A stretch of DNA of 63,874 bases, the filler included, from Lenisia limosa (taxonomy: Eukaryota; Protista; Breviatea), in NCBI GenBank assembly GCA_001655205.1. It is 7 parts of 7 records of this genome, joined end to end, with 100 filler letters (N's around TTAATTAATTAA, not from the genome) between each part and the next. Parts side by side here need not be neighbours in the genome. Positions count along the whole stretch, not along the records: positions 29,478 to 55,705 come from LPNZ01005326.1; positions 55,806 to 58,413 come from LPNZ01007174.1; positions 58,514 to 59,964 come from LPNZ01005046.1; positions 60,065 to 62,263 come from LPNZ01010974.1; positions 62,364 to 63,874 come from LPNZ01002995.1; 2 more parts are not named here. One strand, written 5' to 3'. Position 1 is the stretch's first letter. The number at the start of each line of letters is the position of its first letter. The notes beneath the pieces were generated by a model. The model made no database searches and had not been told where the DNA came from. It saw only the letters and a list, made by a program, of their open reading frames with translations. Below, one piece after another: positions 52,106-63,790 of the stretch. The position numbers and the translations under genes were made by a program.

Positions 52106-54495
52106 TTAGTCCTCAACTACAACAGTATTATTCACAAATTGGCTCTTCATTCGTGTTAGCTCAACAACAACAGGCAGGTGATCACTGATGAATTCTCCCT
52201 GGGATGGTTACGTACATGAACGTGGCAGGGACCAACCCTGTACTCTCCACTAGTCTGGAAGGGGAACGGTATCATTGTTGCATCCGAGCTGAAGTATGGC
52301 TCTTCGAGACCCTTCTTATCATCTCTCATCCTGGGGATAAACGACAGCTAATTGACTTACTTCCCTTGGTATGCGTTGAGAGTGGTACTTGGGACCATGA
52401 CAAAGTCAATTCTTCGGTTAACTGTTCCTTTACAGAATCCAGCCTGGTAAATGAATCACTTAACTTCCAATCATGGTCAAATGTACATAATACCAGAGCC
52501 CTCGTACAGCACACATCTGTGTTTGAATGAGCCACAAAAGGCTCCGTATTGCTCCGCTTCGAGGCCACCCCGTGAACGAGTACGTTGGCCCGCAATGCCG
52601 AAGCTATGAGAGTTAGATACACTCACTCTGCCTTAACACAATTTCATGTTCTCTTACCGGCCAATTATTACGAGCTTCTGCCACTCGAACAATGTCAACT
52701 GAAGTATTACCAGGAAGCTGTGAAAACCCAAGATAACATGACAACTAGGTTTGAAGAAGAATCAAGCCCATATGTACCCACCTAGAGTCCATGGTACTCT
52801 CCATACATCACTAGGAGGTTGAGTGAGTAGTTCTACACTTGACCAAGTTGGAAGTGCTAAATGTTTGTCAAAAAAGCAGGTGACATTTCAAGTACCATTT
52901 AAGTCTCCCAAAAGGATAGCAGCAGGATTGCCCAAAGCGGAGGTTATGGCACCTAGCATAGCAACTAATGTCCGGGTTGACGAGATGCGCTCCTCTTCAA
53001 ATTGGACTGTGTTTCCTTTTTGATCAGAAAGAGGTGGTAGAAAATTAGTTCATTATTCATAAGTCCTGTCACCTGACGGCATGTGAAGATTGACAAGAAT
53101 GAAGATTTCACCGGAATCCCTCCATTTCATTCGGCTACAGATGTCAGTCAAATTCCAGTTACCCAACCGCATGATCCCGATGTTACGTTGTTGGGCTATT
53201 GGGTCTTTTATGCCCTCCACCCAAAAGTAGCCGTTGGACAGCATGGTAACCTAAAGATTTAAGGTTCCGTGGGTTTAGTAAACAGCTTACCTGGTGTTTT
53301 CCTCTTGTTGGTAATGTAATCCACAGTAATTCCTCCTAATCAGTGAATTAGATAATGTGAATTTGCCAAAATGATAATTACCTTTTCCCCTCAAACTGTT
53401 GTCCATTCATCACCAGGTGAAATTATTGCAGAGTTGTACGCAATTGGTGTGTTGGTGGGGGACTTTCCAGGAGTTTGTCCACTGATACTATTCAAATGAG
53501 ACGGTTTTAGAAAAGATGCTATGGATTGTTATGTGAAATTGCGTATATCACTGTACCAACATAACCCCAGGTACATTGGAAGAAAATCAAGACGATATGT
53601 GGCTGATGCTGCAAATGCGAAGAGCTTTTGAAGGTCATAAAATTGCCTAAACAGTAAAAGTAGAGAAACCAGACGTACTCCTCAATGCATTCCTGAATTC
53701 CAAGAATGTCAGGTTGCCAATTGAGAATTTCTGCGGCGAGTGCTTCTCTTCGTTTGTTCCAATGCTACATTGAGGAAGGGTGAATTGGTATGTTTCATGT
53801 GAGAACGGTTTGAAGTAATTGACTTATCCCACTTTTCCTCCAGTGTCAGTTTCCCGAGACTCAAGATTCTTTCGGAAGATATTGTAAGTCATAACCTAAA
53901 GAATGATTCTGTAGTTGGAAAAACTTTGATAACAGTCATGCTTTCCCAAAAAAAACTCTGGTGTTCCCCTCCCACTGTGAACTCATGTACAGTTTTGGTT
54001 GAATTCTGCGAGGGTCCACTTTCTTCTTGTTGAACATCTACAACACGAGGACGCACAACTATTCCCGTTTAAGAAGATAAAAGCTGTAGAAATGGAAATA
54101 GAAATATTACTAATCATCAAACTCACTTTTAGAATGAAAAGGGATTCCTTGCGCTTTGGACTGGTACTTGCTCTTAAAAAGAGATTCGTCGAAAGAATTT
54201 TCATTGATATGCGTAACCCTAGACGGTGAAACATAAGGCACGCTCACCATTCAGATGTGTAGCGTTCATTGAAATCTTCCTCTCCCTCAGTGGTGTTGAC
54301 CCACGGATTATCAATGGATGGTCTTTCGGCGAAGCAAGATGGTAACGCCAAGTCTGCAGACCAAATGTCATATGTTCCTGGTTCTTTGAGTGGACAAATT
54401 GGCACTCGGAAGAGCATCCACTCAAAGATCATTCCGAGCCCAAGAAGTCCAAATATCGTCGCCAATAAACATATTCGACACTTTGGCGGTCGCAT
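52106..54495 (-). CDS. Endonuclease/exonuclease/phosphatase (EEP) family protein with N-terminal signal anchor
   Basis: MTYNIF, DILGIQEC, NGYFW, ILVNLHM, ILLGDLN, RIDFVMV and ISDHLPV occur in canonical EEP order. N-terminal hydrophobic stretch ICLLATIFGLLGLGMIFEWMLF. Confidence 0.88.
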
Positions 54496-55001
54496 ATTGT
54501 GCTACTAAAAGCAGCTATGAGCTAATGCAACCACAGCATTACATTACAAAAGAATGTAATGTCAAAACGTGATCAAGGTTAAGTGTGAATAGCAAAGGAA
54601 GAATGAAAGAAGGAAGAACCAGAAATATATCAACAAAACGTGCAATAAACAATATCTAACACTAAAATGGAGAGAGAGCAACAAGAAAGACTTTCTGTCA
54701 ATTACCAATTTTGGAAAGATTATTTGGCTCGGTCGGTAGATGACGCGAAACGGGGGGTTTTCTTTTTTGTTTAATAGTAGTTATTGGAACAACATAAATA
54801 ATAAGGGTTATCGCATGCCGTTTGGCTCGATGATATAATGTTTTATTTTTTGTATGTTGCTTTTCCAAAAATGGGACTTTTGTTCTTGTTTTTACAGCTT
54901 TATTTGGTAGGTTATATTCAATTTGCCATCATTTCACAATAGTTGTTTTTGACATTCGCAAGCGGTATTGAGGGGGGTTTTCACTGTCATTCTCAAGATA
55001 A

Positions 55002-55480
55002 TTAGTATATTACTCTGAGAAAAACAGGGATTGAGGTCGCATAGCATTGTCTCCTTGTGAAGTCTAATTTTCCAAGTCCAGATGGAGGCTTTTCCGGCCT
55101 TCTAACCATCATCTTACTATCATGTAAAACTTCCAATTGAGTCGTTCTACCGTTATAATCAGCCCAACAAAGAAGGTCCGAACACTGGTAGGTGGCCCTC
55201 CTCCTGATACAGTGCTGACAAGCTTCTGACAGGAGCAAACTCACTTGTTTAGGACTTGAGGAGCCAAACCAGATTCGTTGTTGACGCCTACGATGACGCC
55301 TACCTTGTAGTTGTTGTGGATAGTCACGGGGATGACTCAGCAGTAGACTTTGCTTTTTCGATTTCATCTCCGCAGCTCACTGGCGCTTCAGGTATTCAGT
55401 ATGAGGGATGTCTTTTACCTGTGGACATCTTACCAAGTTTAAATCTTTGATAGCATCATCTTCCGATAGGGTTTCAGTAT
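55002..55480 (-). CDS. 3' exons of an unidentified gene (cut by linker at 55.7 kb)
   Basis: Exon-like blocks EMKSKKQSLLLSHPRDYPQQLQ and SPKQVSLLLSEACQHCIRRRATYQC with plausible splice sites. No family recognised. Confidence 0.35.
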
Positions 55481-56239
55481 TGATATTGTATATTGTCAGG
55501 TCCCGTCCAAATAATTGAATAGCGCTATTTAGCTATCAATAGTGCTATTTTTAAATAATTATATATACTATATGATATACTATGTATATTATACTAAAAT
55601 CTATTATATAGTGTGATAGTACATATTACTAATACCACTAATGGTATATATTAATATATATATCGATATCCACGTCTACAAAAACAAGTGCTTTTTGGAT
55701 AAACCNNNNNNNNNNNNNNNNNNNNNNNNNNNNNNNNNNNNNNNNNNNNTTAATTAATTAANNNNNNNNNNNNNNNNNNNNNNNNNNNNNNNNNNNNNNN
55801 NNNNNGGGGGGGGGGGGTAACACATTTCATTGAGGGCTTCATTCATAAAGAGGGTAAAACATGATGATAAATGTGTTGATTTGGAGAAAACAATACTCAG
55901 CCCCTACTTTGCTTTGATTTGGAGGAATACGATGTTGATGGTCACCTTCTTGTGGAATCCTACACTAAGCAGGCCTCTTTGTCCAGGATAGACAATGATA
56001 AGCTGGGGGGGGGGGCTATTAAAATGATTAACTGCTGGAGGNNNNNNNNNNNNNNNNNNNNNNNNNNNNNNNNNNNNNNNNNNNNNNNNNNNNNNNNNNN
56101 NNNNNNNNNNNNNNNNNNNNNNNNNNNNNNNNNNNNNNNNNNNNNNNNNNNNNNNNNNNNNNNNNTGGAGTTGAGATATTAACAAGGAAACAGATGGAGG
56201 AGCATTAAAACATTGGCTATCACAAGGAATTGAGCATCA

Positions 56240-58410
56240 AAACATTCAATTTGCCTACTTCGTCACCCTGGGTCACATCGAACATATCTGAAACGTTTCC
56301 GTCACTCTAAAGAAGGTGAAAGAGTACATAATGAGCTTGGGATAGTCAAAAGAGAATGACAAACCGCCCCTCTATTGTCTTCCATTCTCCACAATAGATT
56401 CCACATTCCCACCTCAAATTTCCTGGCCAATTCATCGGCATCATCCTCCATCCGAGTCAGAAATGTGTCCATAACTGCCAACATGTCTTCCGAGGTGTGA
56501 AGGTCCCTGGGGGGGGGGGGGGGGNNNNNNNNNNNNNNNNNNNNNNNNNNNNNNNNNNNNNNNNNNNNNNNNNNNNNNNNNNNNNNNNNNNNNNNNNNNN
56601 NNNNNNNNNNNNNNNNNNNNNNNNNNNNNNNNNNNNNNNNNNNGTTGGCTTACAACACACGAGGGCTGATAACAACAAAACAAACCTGGGGGTGAACTAT
56701 GGGAATTTCGATGAATAATACTTGCGTAAAGGTTCTATTGAAAATTCAGAATTGAAGACTACCCCCCCCAGGCCATCCCAAAATGGAGGCTCACTTTCTC
56801 TGTTCGTCTTTGAGGAAGTGTTTGTTCTCTTCAATGACTTCAGCTGGGCAGTCAGTGGGGAATATATTTACGAAATCCCTTTGAGTTTGTATGTAGCCCC
56901 GGATTTATCACATTGTTCTCCAAATTTAAAACATCAGGTAAAAAAGCGAAAAAGTGACCAAAAAAACAACAACACATCTCCCCCACAGATATTGATCCTC
57001 AGCAGCCAGTTCCTAGCATCGAGCCTCTCCTCCATGTCCGTGCTGGGGTGCAGGAGAGCGTTGACAAGCTGCCACGCGCCAAGTTCGCGTGGCCACGCAC
57101 GAGGCTCAGAGAGGTCTATGGGGGCTATGGGGAAGGGGGGGGGGGGGGNNNNNNNNNNNNNNNNNNNNNNNNNNNNNNNNNNNNNNNNNNNNNNNNNNNN
57201 NNNNNNNNNNNNNNNNNNNNNNNNNNNNNNNNNNNNNNNNNNNNNNNNNNNNNNNNGAGTCAGACTGGGTTCAAAACCGTAAATACCTGGAATGAAACGG
57301 GTAAATAAGGTAATTGAGTAACTCAACATACCAGAGAGAGAAGATAGAGATGATGTTGACGATGTTGACTTTGGGGAGGGCTTTGGCGAGGCCCTTCGGT
57401 CAACAAACGATAAGTGTCTGGAGGGTAAAGAAAACACGAAGATTTCAAAAGAGTCAACTTCCGCTGACACTGCTGCCCCCCCCCCACCTTGGACGTTGGG
57501 CGTTGTTGTTATTGGGGCTCTGGGCAACAGGCGAGGAAGTGGGGGACATGAGGGATGATGCTGTGCCCATGCGAGTCAGGACTGGCTGCGCAAGAGGGAG
57601 TGAAAAGGGGTATATTTGAAACAAACTCAACCAAGAGCAAGAATCAAACTTAGTATCTAATGGTGTGGTGCAGGGAGTAAAATATATAAAACTGGTGAAA
57701 TGGAAATGTATGTATGTAGCAACCAAATACAAACGGGTAGGCTGAGTGAATTCTACTCTGATTCTTACCTTTGGGGTTTGTGGTGAGGTCGGATTTGAAG
57801 ATGCTGGGGGTGGCGAGGATGAATTGGGCTAGGGGTGTGTGAGGGGGTTGTGCTTTGATGAGGTCATTAATAGGTCGACTATAAAGAACTGTGTGAGAAT
57901 TGTAATAATTTATGACCTAAATCAAAACCCATTAATTATGTTATATAGTATTTAATGTCCAAAATTCCAAGAGGACCATAGCTCACTGATGGGGACTCTT
58001 CTGGAATGATTTGACTGAAAGCAGTGGATTCAACAGCCACCTGTAAAACGTCAAACAAGGGCTTTAGATCCAATTCAACCCATCCAAACAAGCCCAATTC
58101 AACACCCATCCAAACACCCACCGAGTCCGGGGCTTCAGCACCGGTCAGAGACAGAAGCGGGATGAGGCAGCTGAATTTCGGTCTACGCGGGGTTAGTGCC
58201 GTCTATAATGGGTGTGTATTGATACAAAGAAACAAAAGGGTCTCTGGACAAAGCCGTTTACACCATCTCGGTCATTATAAGTTCATTCAAATACCAAGTG
58301 TACCCCACTTGTGTTGGGGAACTGGGAGTTGGGGCGGCTGGTCCTGGATGCGGATGGTGAACTGGATGAGCTGACGAGCTTTGTCATTTGAGAGACACGC
58401 GTCTGTGAGA
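56240..58410 (-). CDS. Unidentified multi-exon gene fragment: Ser/Pro-rich region followed by a helical-looking domain
   Basis: GT-AG exons PNSSSPPPASSNPTSPQTPK, RRASPKPSPKSTSSTSS, DLSEPRAWPRELGAWQLVNALLHPSTDMEERLDARNWLLRI, DLHTSEDMLAVMDTFLTRMEDDADELARKFE. Confidence 0.55.
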
Positions 58411-58675
58411 ACGNNNNNNNNNNNNNNNNNNNNNNNNNNNNNNNNNNNNNNNNNNNNTTAATTAATTAANNNNNNNNNNNNNNNNNNNNNNNNNNNNNNN
58501 NNNNNNNNNNNNNATTATTATTAATAGTAATAATAGTATTATAATAATAAATAAATAAAAAAAAAATACAAATAACACTCATAATAATATTAATAATAAT
58601 AAAATAATCATAATAATAAAAAAATAATCATAATAATAATAATAATAATTTTAATACACCCTGCCCAAACCTGAG

Positions 58676-59965
58676 CAGTATCCTTCTCATTCTGGGCAGT
58701 TTCGACTGCAGATAGTCTATTGCTCATGATTGCTTGTTGGGAGTCCCGTGTGTTGTTGGCAGTTACCTCGGCTATGGCTATCGCATCTTCAAGTTCGACC
58801 TGCCAGGGTAAGTGGGAAATATATGACAAAAAAAACCAAATCAATTCTGTTGGCACAATTGGAAATTTTATGAAACAAAAAGAACCCAAAAATCAACTCT
58901 GGTGGCCGACAACACACAGAAATTGGAATAACACAGGTTGATTTTGAGTGGGCTATGTAAAGCAATGAGAAACAATAAAACAAAAACAAGGTAGTAATCA
59001 CGTTTATAAGAGAAATAAGATTATAGTATCTGGTCGAAGCCGTCCACACCACGCTTATAAGAGGTATTGAATTATAGTATAATGTTAATTCACCCAATCA
59101 TTTGCCTTACAACTCTGTGCATACATAAATTGGCTACATAATGACCCACCCTCTGTCTAAATAATCAGTACATGACCCCTACCCTCCTTCTACATTTGAG
59201 ACCTCCCCATAACAAGCCCAACAATCTTGCTGATTAACAGTACATGACCGCCACCCCTCAAAACAACATTTATTTTTCCATCCCCCCGGTTCACCTGAGC
59301 AATTTCTTCAAGCGCCAGAACAAGCACGAGTTGGTCGTAGTCTTCAATGAGGGACTCAACTTCCTCATTCGCCTCTTCACGGCGTTTTAGCTGGCTTTGA
59401 ACCTATGGAAGGGGTAAATGAAGAACATTTCGATGAAGAATTGGGAGGAGGTGTGGGGGTGTAAACAATTATGAGAGAAAAAAAAGAGCCCTGAGACAAT
59501 AAACAAATATAATAAAACAACAACTTTCAGAATGGTGGGAAGGGGGGGGGGGGGTAAAANNNNNNNNNNNNNNNNNNNNNNNNNNNNNNNNNNNNNNNNN
59601 NNNNNNNNNNNNNNNNNNNNNNNNNNNNNNNNNNNNNNNNNNNNNNNNNNNNNNNNNNNNNNNNNNNNNNNNNNNNNNNNNNNNNNNNNNNNNNNNNNNN
59701 NNNNNNNNNNNNNNNNNNNNNNNNNNNNNNNNNGCAAGCCTTCATTTTAGTATCCGCAATATGATGATTAGGGCCTCCCTACGGTCCCAAAAAGACTGAA
59801 TTTCTCGATAAATCCTCGATAAATATCGATATTTCAACGATTCGGAGCGTAGGGAAGCCGCTCTAATTATCTCGAAACAAACCTCCAATTGTGTATCCTT
59901 GACCTTCAAAACAGTGCTGTCCTTCTTCTCAATTCCTGCCAGAACCAGCTGTTTATGAGACGTCN
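58676..59965 (-). CDS. Coiled-coil protein fragment (internal exons)
   Basis: VQSQLKRREEANEEVESLIEDYDQL and VELEDAIAIAEVTANNTRDSQQAIMSNRLSAVETAQNEKDTAQ, bounded by AG/GT. Confidence 0.5.
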
Positions 59966-60898
59966 NNNNNNNNNNNNNNNNNNNNNNNNNNNNNNNNNNN
60001 NNNNNNNNTTAATTAATTAANNNNNNNNNNNNNNNNNNNNNNNNNNNNNNNNNNNNNNNNNNNNTGTACATACATTATATGCATATGTGTATATGTTGAG
60101 TTGACAGTGAGAGAGAGAGAGAGAGAAAGAAAGAGAGAAAGGTAGACATATCATATGATATATCACACCGTCCAGAAATATGTGAAATTTTGGATATGTG
60201 TGAAAAATGTTTAAATTCTTGGTTTCATGATTTTCCCATACATCCAACACTATTTGCATTGCTCTGAGTGCGTCATGTAGTTTTTTTTCTTCTGAAAAAA
60301 GCCAAACAACTTTGTCATATACTAATTGAAAACAACCATGTATTATTATCCTTCAAAATTGTCAAAAAAACTACGTAAAAATCATTTTTACATTTGGCTA
60401 CTCATTCTTCTTCTCATAGCTAGAAAATTTGAACGATAAGTGAAACACACCAATGTAAAAAGGGGGCAAGTACAATCACTTGGACTCTCAGATGCAGAAC
60501 TCACACTATCATCACTTTCTTTTTTTTAAAAAAAGTTATTTTTGGTTCAAAATGACGAAAAAATGGTCAAATTTCACATATCGATCAATATATTATCTAT
60601 AATTTGACATATTTCTGGACGGTGTGATATGTTGAGTTGATTCACATGATAGACATGGCGTATTATGTCGAGTTGATTCACATGCGTATGATATCATTAC
60701 TTTATTACTGGTAAAATATACCATATGTATGTAGTATACCAAGGTGTAAATTGATATGATATTAGATAATATATACACATTAATATGATATTGTGTTCGT
60801 TTGTATCCTTGACTTTTTTTGTGTCCCTATTGTTTTTTTTTTGTTTTTTCTGTATCTCCATGTTTATCGGGTTTGCTTGCTCTCAAAACTAACCCCAC

Positions 60899-62262
60899 AG
60901 CTTCGTGGTACAGAACCAACGTTCAAGTATTGCCTTCCAAGGCGCCTTTGCTGATCCCATGCCTTCAGGGTTTGTCAGAAAAGAAAACTATTGGATTACT
61001 ATTAGCATATAATACAGCAGAACACATATGTACAGTTACAAACATCTACATGTATAATCTTTGGTCTGGTATATGTATACTATGTACATATCGATATATC
61101 TAAAATTTGACATATTTCTGGACGGTGTGATATCCTCTTTTTTTTTTTGCTTTTTTTTGACATAAACATAGTGTTCTCAGTTCTAATCGAGAGTGAGAAT
61201 TCCAATACTTTCTGGGTTCACAGGGAAGCTCAGGTTTAAATTATTTATCTTCTTGATGTTCCAGGTTTGCTACCAAGTCAAATTCGATTGTTTACGGCAC
61301 ATCACAAGCGGAATCAAAGTAGGGGGGTAGGTACATGGGAGGCACGCAGAAAGCTGTGCGCAGAGAGTTGCAAGGCAAATGATNNNNNNNNNNNNNNNNN
61401 NNNNNNNNNNNNNNNNNNNNNNNNNNNNNNNNNNNNNNNNNNNNNNNNNNNNNNNNNNNNNNNNNNNNNNNNNNNNNNNNNNNNNNNNNNNNNNNNNNNN
61501 NNNNNNNNNNNNTAATTATACATGCAATATATTATAATCTGATGGGGGTGTAATGTACCAGAGAGTTGCAGGGATATCACACCCAAAAAGCTGCATCCCC
61601 TGTGGTGAAAGAATATGATATAACAAGTGACCACCCCAGGTTCTGTGACCCTACCCTTGACACCCTGCTCAATGATCTTGACGAAAGTGCGCTGGCAATG
61701 GGTGAAATGACCATTATGGATCCCGGTACGGTCTACTCCAGCCCCGACCAAAGCGGATCCGCCTCCCCGGTGCGTGGTCATGATTTTGATGACAAAAATA
61801 CGATAAATTCTAAGGATACCAAACAAACAAAATACATGGGGATAATCGCAAAACTAACATACTCCAAAAAGGGGTGATGGTTTTTTTTTGCACCGGTTTT
61901 GGTAATAATGGCTCTTTTGTTTAAAACTCAAGCAAGTTATTTCTGTGATTGGAAACTGCTGTTCTTGTGGAATATTGTTGGAGCTTGATTTTCACAAGTA
62001 TCCTAATATTTGTCACGTTAAAATTCAAAAATAGGCAATTTGACACGAAAACAGGCCCCACAGTCCTCTCTCAACTCCATTGCACCCCCTTCCGCTGCCG
62101 CCCCTGCGCCTCCCCCCACTACCTCCGTAAGCTGCTACTATATCAACTGTCTTGTTTTCTGTCATTTCCTCAATCTCCACGGTGTGTACGGAGTTTTTCT
62201 CATCTGTATAGCCTGTCCCCCCCATTCCTCTCCAGCAGAACACCCCTTCTCCAAGGCCGGTA
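60899..62262 (+). CDS. Pro-rich unidentified gene fragment
   Basis: Exon-like blocks at ~60.9, 61.27, 61.56-61.8, 62.06 (PPSAAAPAPPPLPP) and 62.21 kb with AG/GT ends. Confidence 0.4.
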
Positions 62263-62969
62263 CNNNNNNNNNNNNNNNNNNNNNNNNNNNNNNNNNNNNN
62301 NNNNNNNTTAATTAATTAANNNNNNNNNNNNNNNNNNNNNNNNNNNNNNNNNNNNNNNNNNNNTGGCTGCTTTCCAACTTTTGGCGCACTATTCAGCTAC
62401 GGCCTTTGTTGGCCGGCATTTTATCAAGGTGGTGGGTAAATAGTACACAAAAAGATTGAATTTCTTGTAATATTGATATTTTCCCGGTCTTTTTCGGACC
62501 TTAGGGAAGCCCTAGATTTGACTGATCAACTTTAAAGCAGGTTATAGTTCGAGAAATTGTCACCGATATCCGAACATAAACTAACGGTTACGTCATCTTT
62601 TCACTATTATTTAACTATGATTTAGGTCATTATGAATATCATAACTGTTGTTCTCAAAATAATAATTCTACTTTTATACTAAATCTAAATCACGCAAGTC
62701 ACGCCGTGTTACTTTTCTTTTTGTCTTTAGATAAACCAGTTTTTGGAACTATTGTAACGATCACCACTTCATGTCATAAAAAGATGGTTTTTACATCTTA
62801 TGGCATATTATACTCACTGGGGTTTCACTTCTGTTTGAAAAAAACTGGGCAGTATTGATAATTTTTGAAGATTTATCGTCAAATTATGTCTTTTTTCGAA
62901 CCGAAGTGAAGCCGTAATACTTACCCCGTGCTTTAACCATTTAATATCTTATGGAATGTACTCACCCCT

Positions 62970-63210
62970 ACAACCTGCTTTACCTTATTACATACTCCAA
63001 CAACCTGCTTTAACCTTATTACATACTCCAACAGCCTGCTTTAACCTTATTGCATACTCCAACAACCTGCTTTAACCCAATCATATCATCCTCCAACAAC
63101 CTGCTTTAACCCAATCATCATCCTCCAACAACCTGCTTTAACCCAATCATATCATCCTCCAATAACCTGCTTTAACCCAATCATATCATCCTCCAACAAC
63201 CAGCTTTACC
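62970..63210. repeat. Minisatellite, ~31-34 bp units with two variants
   Basis: ACAACCTGCTTTAACCTTATTACATACTCCA x~3, then ACAACCTGCTTTAACCCAATCATATCATCCTCCA x~4. Confidence 0.9.
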
Positions 63211-63289
63211 TCTATCTTTTTATATCTTGTGGCATATACTCACCTCTACAACCTACTTTCACCCCTATCTTCTTTTGTCTTTTTTTTAA

Positions 63290-63790
63290 CCGTATCAACT
63301 AGGTTCGAAACGCTGCTCTGGAGGACATCCTCCTTGAAGCTGGCAGGATCGCCTTTGAAAAAACTAGGGTGGGAGGGGCAATAAAACGAAGAAAATTCCA
63401 TCTCTATCGAAACTAGGATCATAGAGATCCAGCGGTTGACTACACAAAGAAACATCCACAGAAAAAGTATAGACGTACAGTATACTGGATAAGCTACTTA
63501 GCTACTTAGAAAGGGGTGGGAAACGATCTGTACAGAAAATTACCTGGGTGAAGAGGGGGAAAGAAAGCAGGATTGCCTTTTGAAAAGACCTGGGTGTTGG
63601 GGGTAAATTGGAACATTTATGAAACAATAAAAAAAAAAAAAAAAACTTGGGCATAGGCTATTTCTTTTACTCGGGTACCTGGGAGAGGGAGAGTAGGAGG
63701 GGGATTACCATACCTCACAGAATTTCAGGTTGATCTTTGTCTCGGACGGCCACTACCCAGCACGGCAATTGAGGCGCTTCAGATGTATAA
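63290..63790 (-). CDS. Unidentified gene fragment (short exons)
   Basis: FFKGDPASFKEDVLQSSVSNLVDT and a short exon at ~63540-63590 preceded by the intronic R1 repeat and a CAG acceptor. Confidence 0.3.
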
